Below are positions 26,401 through 64,000 of a stretch of 64,000 bases of DNA, piece by piece. Position 1 is the stretch's first letter. Each line of letters starts with the position of its first letter. This DNA is from Macrostomum hystrix (Eukaryota > Animalia > Platyhelminthes), in the NCBI GenBank assembly GCA_950097015.1, contig CATNEN010000039.1, forward strand, positions 8,990,001 to 9,054,000. The letters run 5' to 3'. The position numbers were made by a program, and so were the translations under genes. A model generated the notes under the pieces. That model was given only the letters and a program-made list of their open reading frames with translations, was not told the origin of the DNA and did not search any database.

Positions 26401-26936
26401 CAGCCAAGTGCCCACAAGTCATGCGCGCTTCGCCGAATACGGACGTTCACTGTACATATTCATTGTAAGTACACGTATCTCGTTAATTCTGTCTTTTTTA
26501 ACAGTAGAAATATCATGCTTTTTCCAAGGTAAAAACCACCGGGCCTACTTCACGATAACTCCAAAACCGAATGACCGATTTTCGTGAAAGTCCACCATTC
26601 GGATCCAAATTTTTCGCCCCTATACGACGAACTAACTGACTTTGAAAGCCGTGCGAGTCAGCATGGTCGTCTTGGTCGAGATATTCAGCGATTTTATTGA
26701 AGAGCCTGGTATCAAGGTCAAGTAACATGACTCTCTACTAGGGCGAATAAATATTCAAGAATCCTTGAATATCTCGACAATGCCGACGTTTGTGATGCTG
26801 AAAGTTGTTTTATCGGATAGAGCGGAAAATTTGAGCCCTTAATTTGGAATTTGGTGATTATAAATATCCCCGTGGTCAGGCTACCCACGTGGCAACTTAA
26901 ATGTGAGTTCAATACCTCCAAGTTAAATAACTGCAG

Positions 26937-27063
26937 CAATCCGAGAACTCAAAGCAGAGTTCGTCAACTCCTAGCTTGTCGGCGCATTCAGCACCATTGT
27001 TAGTCGCAGTTCTGGTCTGCCTAGTTCTACTCGCGCTTGTCTGTGGCCTAATCTACAAGAAAT
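26937..27063 (+). CDS. candidate exon encoding a transmembrane helix of an unidentified single-pass protein
   Basis: CTGCAG acceptor / GTGAG donor; QSENSKQSSSTPSLSAHSAPLLVAVLVCLVLLALVCGLIYKK; followed by plausible short exons 27142-27202, 27279-27335 and 27410 onward (frames ambiguous). Confidence 0.5.
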
Positions 27064-27584
27064 GTGAGCTGTGTAGCTGAAAAAATAGTATTTAATTTCC
27101 TAATAAATATGTATTGCCAAAAAACCACCTTTAAAATTCAGGTTCCAGATCATCAGTCAAAGACAGTGAAGAACGCAGTAAAAGTACATTGGCAAGTGAA
27201 CGGTTAAAATTTTTTTTAAAAAGACTTCAAACTAGCAAATTTTTTTATCTAACACTTCGCGTTTCTTTGTATCTTTAGAACAATGCGAACGAGCTGTCCA
27301 ACCATTTCAACAGCGCTGGAACAATGGATGGCACCGTAGGATCCGATCTGTTTTTTATGTCTAAATTTAAAGCTACTTTCTACCTTGATCTCATACTTAA
27401 TTACTCCAGTTTATCAGTGCAACAGCAGCGGAAGCAGAAACCGTGACAGCAGCAATTTTTACCTGCGATGTTAGCCAGCTGGCTCCAGTTGTTGCGGAGG
27501 AGTATCAACTGGCTGACCGGCGAGAACTGCCGCAGGTGCGTTACGAAACATTTTTTTCTTTAAGCTGAAAGATAGGAAATCAGA

Positions 27585-28295
27585 CACTACACCCTGATGC
27601 TTCAGGTATTCAGGCACTATACTCTGATACTTCAGGTACTCAGGCACTATACTCTGATACTTCAGGTATTCAGTTACTATACTCTGATACTTCAGGTATT
27701 CAGGCACTATACTCTGATACTTCAGGTATTCAGTTACTATACTCTGATACTTCAGGTATTCAGGCACTATACTCTGATACTTCAGGTACTCAGGCACTAT
27801 ACTCTGATACTTCAGGTATTCAGTTACTATACTCTGATACTTCAGGTATTCAGGCACTATACTCTGATACTTCAGGTATTCAGTTACTATACTCTGATAC
27901 TTCAGGTATTCAGGCACTATACTCTGATACTTCAGGTACTCAGGCACTATACTCTGATACTTCAGGTATTCAGGCACTATACTCTGATACTTCAGGTATT
28001 TAGGCACTATACTCTGATACTTCAGGTATTCAGGCACTATACTATGATACTTCAGGTATTCAGGTACTATACTCTGATACTTCAGGTATTCAGGTACTAT
28101 ACTCTGATACTTCAGGTATTCAGGCACTATACTCTGATACTTCAGGTATTTAGGCACTATACTCTGATACTTCAGGTATTCAGGCACTATACTCTGATAC
28201 TTCAGGTATTCAGGTACTATACACTGATACTTCAGGTATTCAGGCACTATACTCTGATACTTTAGGTTGTTAGGCATTGTTTCTTGATACTTCAA
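27585..28295. repeat. 30-bp minisatellite (ACTCTGATACTTCAGGTATTCAGGCACTAT)
   Basis: Highly homogeneous tandem units. Confidence 0.95.
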
Positions 28296-28789
28296 ATTGG
28301 CCAATTTCTTTAAATAAGAAAGGTGATTACCAGCTCTCTTTAGGCAAGTTGAAGTCATTCTCAATTTAACAGCTGGTTAGGGAATGCTCAAAATAAGTAG
28401 AAGTTAATCCCTAATCTCAGATCAAAGCTAATTCAGTTTGGTCATGGATGTTATGCACTCAACTCATCTCTGGGGGGGGCCGCGTCACACTTCCCAACCT
28501 TTTGCTCCACAAATGGGGAAGACAAATCCTTCTCGAATTTCTCAGCCCGCTTCACTCATTAACTGTGAGCTCAGCGACACAGAAACTTGAGCTGAAAATT
28601 AAAAACAGCAGAAGCCATCAGCAAAAGAAGATTTTTAGTTGACTAATTCTGTTCTTCGATTTAAAAATTCGCGCCAGATTACGTAACTGTAGAGGGCCAG
28701 TTCAGTTTTGTTTGGCGATAAATTTGCATCGCTGATTTGTTGGGATTTGTTTATTTTCAATTGACTGGGCCCAATTAATCAATAAATCG

Positions 28790-29662
<873 letters not shown>

Positions 29663-30401
29663 AGTTATATGCTCGAATACAAGTTAGGATTATATGTAGA
29701 TATGTCACATGAAACAGTACGTATACCTAAAGTCAAGCCCTTGCATGCTAGAACACATTGATCCGCTATAGAATAGATATATCTATAGTTTTAGATATAT
29801 CGTGAAATCGTGTCCCCACTTGTGCTAATCAATTAATCTAACAACAAAAAAAACGTCACATCCGTTTTGCAGCCCTCACAACCCAAACCCCGGTTCAGTT
29901 TCTGAAGGCAAAGCTCCATTGCATTGTGCACCGGGTCTCTTTAGCTAGGCTTTTAGCTGTTTTCGCCCGATGGGATTTCTGACAATGGCGCCTATATATC
30001 GCACATTTCAAGGTGCGAAGATTGAGTGAGGATTTCAGCTGCCTTATCCCCCGCGGGGCGGGATAACATGGGAGCGCTTTTCTGAAAGAAGTTTCAAAAT
30101 TCTCACTGAAACGAGACATTCGTTCTGCTTGCGCTCTGCTGCTCCGGTTGGGGCTGGTTGTCAAAGAGTTTACGCTGTCGCAGGCCCATTGTGAAGCTGA
30201 AGATTTCACAGTTTTCTAAAAAAAAGTTTTCCGTAGCTCTTCTCAAAGATGTTGCCACTTGGCTGCCTTTCTGATCTCCTTTGTATTGGGATTAAAGAAA
30301 CTTAGTCCCTGATCCCATCATCCTAACCAACGTTGTTTTTCTGCTTGATAGGGAATCAAGAGAAGATTTCTCCCTTCTGAGATTTAGTCTCGGAGTGGGA
30401 C

Positions 30402-30656
30402 AGAATGGAATAGAATGGAATATAATAGAGTAGAATGGAACGGAATGGAATAGAATAGAATAGAATGGAATGGAATGGTGACTAATTGAATAGAATAGAA
30501 TGGAATATAATGGAATAGAAATGGAACGGAATAGAATAGAATGGAATAGAATGGATAATGGAATAGAATAGAATGGAATGGAATGGATAACGGAATAGAA
30601 TAGAATGGAATAGAATGGATAATGGAATAGAATAGAATGGAATGGAATGGAATAGA
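30402..30656. repeat. (GAATG/GAATA)n pentanucleotide repeat
   Basis: Directly visible. Confidence 0.9.
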
Positions 30657-31329
30657 GAGAAATATTGTGGAAGGGAATGAAATATATTTCCCCTTTACTT
30701 AAAATTTTAGTTACTTTGATAGCTTTTGACATAATTTACACATAATTATATATTGATGTTAGATATTAGGAACATCAAACTGAGAAGATAAGCACCTGTT
30801 TGCTGTCCATAATATTATCGGATAAAATTTTCTTACAAACACGAATCATCACAAACGGAACCTCACAAAACGCTTCGAGAAATATGTAATACTGCATAAG
30901 AAATTGCTAAAAAATACTATTATAATTCGCTTTGTTAAGGAGGCTGAGAACAAATATTCTAAGAAGCTGCATTGCGGCAAATCTAAATCGGCCCCGAGCA
31001 AACCCTTAGGCAACATTGTCTTCCTGTCCTGAGAGCTGCTGTTCTGACTAAGAAATGTTCCGAAAATTTGCCAGAAATTAGGAACAAAAAGAATCAGACA
31101 CAAGCCTCAAATCAGCTGCAGGTGTTCATTATCACTGGCGTCATTTATGGCTCAATGAAGATAGAATGATTGTGGACAAAATCTTTAGCATAGAATTCTT
31201 CAGTCGCACAAAAGAAACAAAATTTTAGGGGTTAATTTGCAGTAGAATCCAGAAAGAATATAACAGAGTAGAAACAAGACAGTTGAATAACTCGTCAAGT
31301 TCCAGAAATTATTCAGTAATTTTTTTACC

Positions 31330-32000
31330 TAGAAACTCGTCGATTAAGAGTATCATCGATTTAGAAATTCGTCTATTGAGATATTCGTCGATTTAAAAAT
31401 TCGTCTATTTAGAAATTCGTCGATTTAAAAATTCGTATATTCAGAAATTCGTCTATTTAGAAATTCGTCTATTTAGAACTTCGTCGATGCAGAAATTCGT
31501 CTATTTAGAAATTCGTCTATTTAGAAATTCGTCTATTTAGAAATTCGTCTATTTAGAAATTCGTCGATTCAGAAATTCGTCTATTTAGAACTTCTTCGAT
31601 TTAGAAATTCGTCCATTAAGAAATTCGTCGATTTAGAAATTCGTCCATTAAGAAATTCGTCGATTTAGAAATTCGTCGATTTAGAAATTCGTCAATTTAG
31701 AAAATTGTCTATTTTGAAATTCGTCGATTCAGAAATTCGTCTATTTTGAAATTAGTATATTTAGAACTTCTTCGATTTTGAAATTCGTCGATTCAGAAAT
31801 TCGTCTATTTTGAAATTAGTATATTTAGAACTTCTTCGATTTAGAAATTCGTCGATTTAGAAATTCGTCCATTAAGAAATTCGTCAATTTAGAAATTCTT
31901 CGATTTAGAAATTCGTCGATTTAGAAATTCGTCGATTTAGACATTTGTCTATTTAGAAATTCGCCGATATAGAAATTCGTCGATTTAGAAATTGGTTGAT
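31330..32000. repeat. 16-bp minisatellite (TTTAGAAATTCGTCTA/GA)
   Basis: Units at 31501, 31517 and onward. Confidence 0.92.
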
Positions 32001-32365
32001 TTAAACACTAGTCTAGAAGAATTCGCCGATTATATAATGTTTCAATCACGAATTAGTTTAATAGCAGGTTCGTTGTTTTCGAATAGAATATTCTTGCAAT
32101 ATTTTTGACGGCCCTAACCTGTTTACTGAATATCCTTATTCGAGCCGTTCTCAAACTCGCACTTTTCCCTTCAAGAAGGGGGATTTGGACAAGGGGGATA
32201 ATTAGATATCAGGGTGGTTCTTTTTTCCCAAAACTGTCAGCCTGTCTGACTGTCTGCCTTAGCATTAAATGATGGAAATTAAACTGAACTGGACTGACAT
32301 TCCTGCTGATGTTGTTTTCATTATAATTATAAAACTCCTGGCCCTTTTCTAACGTAGTTTTAGGG

Positions 32366-33361
32366 CAGGGGTCGGCAACCTTATATACCCCGCGGGCTAA
32401 AGAGAGAATCTTAAAGACGACGGCGGGCCGCATGAAGAAAGGGGAGAGATAAGACGGGGGAGATAAGACGCAAGAGAGATGAGACGGGGGGAGATAAGAC
32501 GCAAGAGAGATGAGACAGGCGAGAGACGAAAAATGGGAGAGATGAGAAGGGGAGAGATGAAAAAGGGGAGAGATGAGACAGGGGAGAGATGAGACTGGGG
32601 AGAGATGAGACTGGGGAGAGATAAGACAGGGGAGAGGTGAGACTGGGGAGAGATAAGACAGGGGAGAGGTGAGACTGGGGAGAGATAAGACAGGGGAGAG
32701 GTGAGACAGGGAGAGGTGAGACAGGGGAGAGATGAGACAGGGGAGAGATAAGACAGGGGAGAGATGAGACAGGGGAGAGATAAGACAGGGGGAGATGAGA
32801 CTGGGGAGAGATAAGACAGGGGAGAGGTGAGACAGGGGAGAGATAAGACAGGGGAGATATGAGACTGGGGAGAGATAAGACAGGGGAGAGATAAGACAGG
32901 GGAGAGGTGAGACAGGGAGAGATGAGACAGGGGAGAGGTAAGACATGGGAGAGGTGAGACTGGGGAGAGATAAGACAGGGGAGAGGTGAGACACGGGAGA
33001 GATAAGACAGGGGAGAGATAAGACAGGGGGAGATGAGACAGGGGAGAGGTGAGACAGGGGAGAGATAAGACAGGGGAGATATGAGACTGGGGAGAGATAA
33101 GACAGGGGAGAGGTGAGACTGGGGAGAGATAAGACAGGGGAGAGGTGAGACTGGGGAGAGATGAGACAGGGAGAGATGAGACAGGGGAGAGGTAAGACAT
33201 GGGAGAGGTGAGACTGGGGAGAGATAAGACAGGGGAGAGGTGAGACTGGGGAGAGATGAGATAGGGTGTACTGTAGAGTAGGTGTTAGGAGGAGCTAAGG
33301 GCCAGATTTGGGAGCTTTGAGGGCCGCATCTGGCCCGCGGGCCGGAGGTTGCCGACCCCTG
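32366..33361. mobile_element. hAT/Charlie-like MITE carrying an internal 16-bp minisatellite
   Basis: Perfect TIR CAGGGGTCGGCAACCT / AGGTTGCCGACCCCTG; perfect 8-bp TSD TTTTAGGG (32358-32365, 33362-33369); GGGCCGCATCTGGCCCGCGGGCC subterminal motif. Confidence 0.93.
32440..33265. repeat. 16-bp purine-rich minisatellite (GGGGAGAGATAAGACA)
   Basis: Units at 32581, 32597 and onward. Confidence 0.92.
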
Positions 33362-33690
33362 TTTTAGGGATTCGATAATTTTTAAAAGATCCCCTTCGAT
33401 AAAGCTAAACGAGAGGGGACAAGAGCCCCGTGAAAACAGTGGAGGAGAGCTGGGGGTAGAGAGAGGGGGAGAGCTGGTAAAGCTGGGAGTAGAACAATGT
33501 TAAAAATCGTTAAAGAAACGATGTTGCATACAGATATTTATTTTAAAAACTACTGACTTTACAGGTGGGTTTCGCCTCACTGCCAGCAGGTGAGAACCCT
33601 GCGAACAATCATCATGATTATCAGCATCAGCATCATCATCATCAGCAGCAGCAGCAGCACCAGCCATCAAAGCATCAATTTCGCTCATCA

Positions 33691-61394
<27,704 letters not shown>

Positions 61395-61579
61395 GTGGGT
61401 TGACGTCCAGATTTAAAATTAAATCCTGAATCTGACAGCAAACAGTGTTAACTAGTGGCAGGAGAGATGGGTGTGACAGAGAATAAATTAGTTTAAAGAT
61501 GGTTAATCATGGGACTGGCTGAGTGTGATTGAAAGTGCGGCTAGAAGATACTTAAACAGGAAAACATTGTTCCACTAGG

Positions 61580-62292
61580 ATGGAATGGGGATAGAGCTGG
61601 ATAGAATGGGGATAGAGCTGGATAGAATGGGGATAGAGCTGGATAGAATGAGGATAGAGCTGGATAGAATGGGGATAGAGCTGGATAGAATGGGGATAGA
61701 GCTGGATAGAATGGGGATAGAGCTGGATAGAATGAGGATAGAGCTGGATAGAATGAGGATAGAGCTGGATAGAATGGGGATAGAGCTGGATAGAATGGGG
61801 ATAGAGCTGGATAGAATGGGGATAGAGCTGGATAGAATGGGGATAGAGCTGGATAGAATGGGGATAGAGCTGGATAGAATGGGGATAGAGCTGGATAGAA
61901 TGGGGATAGAGCTGGATAGAATGAGGATAGAGCTGGATAGAACGGGGATAGAGCTGGATAGAATGAGGATAGAGCTGGATAGAATGGGGATAGAGCTGGA
62001 TAGAATGGGGATAGAGCTGGATAGAATGGGGATAGAGCTGGATAGAATGTGGATAGAATGAGGATAGAGCTGAATAGAATGGGGATAGAGCTGGATAGAA
62101 TGTGGATAGAATGAGGATAGAGCTGAATAGAATTTGGATAGAGCTGGATAGAATGGGGATAGAATGGGGATAGAGCTGGATAGAATGTGGATAGAATGAG
62201 GATAGAGCTGAATAGAATTTGGATAGAGCTGGATAGAATGAGGATAGAGCTGGATAGAATGGGGATAGAGCTGGATAGAATTGGGATAGAAG
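61580..62292. repeat. 21-bp minisatellite (GGATAGAATGGGGATAGAGCT)
   Basis: Directly visible. Confidence 0.95.
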
Positions 62293-62734
62293 CTGGCGAA
62301 CTCTTGGAAAACTGTTTCGCCCCTTTAAAAAAGTTCTGGCCTTGCATCAGATAATTTTTTATAACTTGCCAGACGGTGTTTTCATTATTTCTGAAAAAAC
62401 CCAGTCCTGAACGTGAAAAACGAGTTTCAAAAAAACAAGGGTAATGGCACTGTTAAGCGCCAAGCTTTAATTAAAAGTTTTCGCGCAACTGCACTAACCA
62501 TGGCTTCCCATAGTTTGCGTTCAATCCCAACCCTATTAGGATATTAAATTTACGTTCGATTCTTTTTTAACATCGCGCAATTGCGTGAAAGAAAACTTTT
62601 GATTTCATATTCGATTGAATGTCAGACAGTAGGTCACAGAATCATTTTTTACGCTTAAAGTATTTATTGAAGCTTTTAGAATCCGTTTTAGCATTTACCA
62701 CTCCAACCATGTTTTTAGCGATTTGAGTATATCT

Positions 62735-64000
62735 CACTTGATAGCCTCACTTCACAGCCTCACTTCACAGCCTCACTTCACAGACTCACTTCACAGACTC
62801 ACTTCACAGACTCACTTCATAGCCTCACTTCACAGGCTCACTTCACAGAATCACTTCACAGACTCACTTCACAGACTCACTTCATAGCCTCACTTCACAG
62901 ACTCACTTCACAGACTCACTTCATAGCCTCACTTCACAGCCTCACTTCATAGCCTCACTTCACAGACTCACTTCACAGACTCACTTCATAGCCTCACTTC
63001 ACAGACTCACTTCACAGACTCACTTCACAGCCTCACTTCACAGACTCACTTCATAGCCTCACTTCACAGACTCACTTCATAGCCTCACTTCATAGCCTCA
63101 CTTCACAGACTCACTTCACAGACTCACTTCACAGGCTCACTTCACAGACTCACTTCACAGACTCACTTCACAGCCTCACTTCATAGCCTCACTTCACAGC
63201 CTCACTTCATAGCCTCACTTCATAGCCTCACTTCACAGGCTCACTTCACAGACTCACTTCACAGACTCACTTCACAGCCTCACTTCATAGCCTCACTTCA
63301 CAGACTCACTTCACAGCCTCACTTCACAGACTCACTTCATAGCCTCACTTCATAGCCTCACTTCACAGACTCACTTCATAGCCTCACTTCACAGCCTCAC
63401 TTCACAGCCTCACTTCACAGACTCACTTCATAGCCTCACTTCACAGACTCACTTCACAGACTCACTTCATAGCCTCACTTCACAGACTCACTTCACAGAC
63501 TCACTTCATAGCCTCACTTCACAGACTCACTTCACAGACTCACTTCACAGCCTCACTTCACAGACTCACTTCATAGCCTCACTTCACAGCCTCACTTCAT
63601 AGCCTCACTTCACAGACTCACTTCATAGCCTCACTTCACAGACTCACTTCACAGACTCACTTCACAGACTCACTTCACAGACTCACTTCACAGACTCACT
63701 TCATAGCCTCACTTCACAGACTCACTTCACAGACTCACTTCACAGACTCACTTCATAGCCTCACTTCACAGATTCACTTCACAGACTCACTTCACAGACT
63801 CACTTCATAGCCTCACTTCATAGCCTCACTTCACAGACTCACTTCACAGACTCACTTCACAGACTCACTTCATAGCCTCACTTCATAGCCTCACTTCACA
63901 GCCTCACTTCACAGCCTCACTTCATAGCCTCACTTCATAGCCTCACTTCACAGCCTCACTTCACAGCCTCACTTCACAGACTCACTTCATAGCCTCACTT
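62735..64000. repeat. 14-bp minisatellite (CTCACTTCAYAGM-type), runs off the right edge
   Basis: Directly visible. Confidence 0.95.

Noticed and set aside
27585-28295. CRISPR-like regular 30-bp repeats (also the 29-, 32- and 33-bp arrays)
   Set aside because: Head-to-tail repeats without unique spacers, no cas genes, eukaryotic context.

Overview
Eukaryotic (animal) genomic DNA with GT-AG introns; the gene set, GC-rich exons and minisatellite-packed introns suggest an invertebrate such as a free-living flatworm (inference only). Manual splicing supports four genes: (1) 5' part of SRRM1/SRm160 (PWI domain, minus, 4 exons, runs off the left edge); (2) a compact 3-exon ZO-1/polychaetoid-like MAGUK (PDZ-PDZ?-PDZ-SH3-GUK-ZU5, minus); (3) a 9-exon HELQ helicase (plus); (4) a secreted/membrane protein with signal peptide, EGF, Ca-binding EGF and two TNFR-like modules, built from small mostly phase-1 exons over about 28 kb (plus, probably running off the right edge), largely missed by the ORF track. 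A weaker fifth candidate with a transmembrane exon lies at about 26.3-27.5 kb. Non-coding DNA holds hAT-type MITEs with 8-bp TSDs, a mariner relic nested in a hAT relic, two tRNA-derived SINE families, a 1941-bp tandem duplication and about 30 different mini/microsatellites. Most long ORFs after 19.6 kb are repeat artefacts. Main unexplained pattern: most exons of HELQ and the EGF/TNFR gene are closely bracketed by their own distinct minisatellite, and several units resemble transcription-factor sites (RFX X-box, kB, STAT/BCL6).
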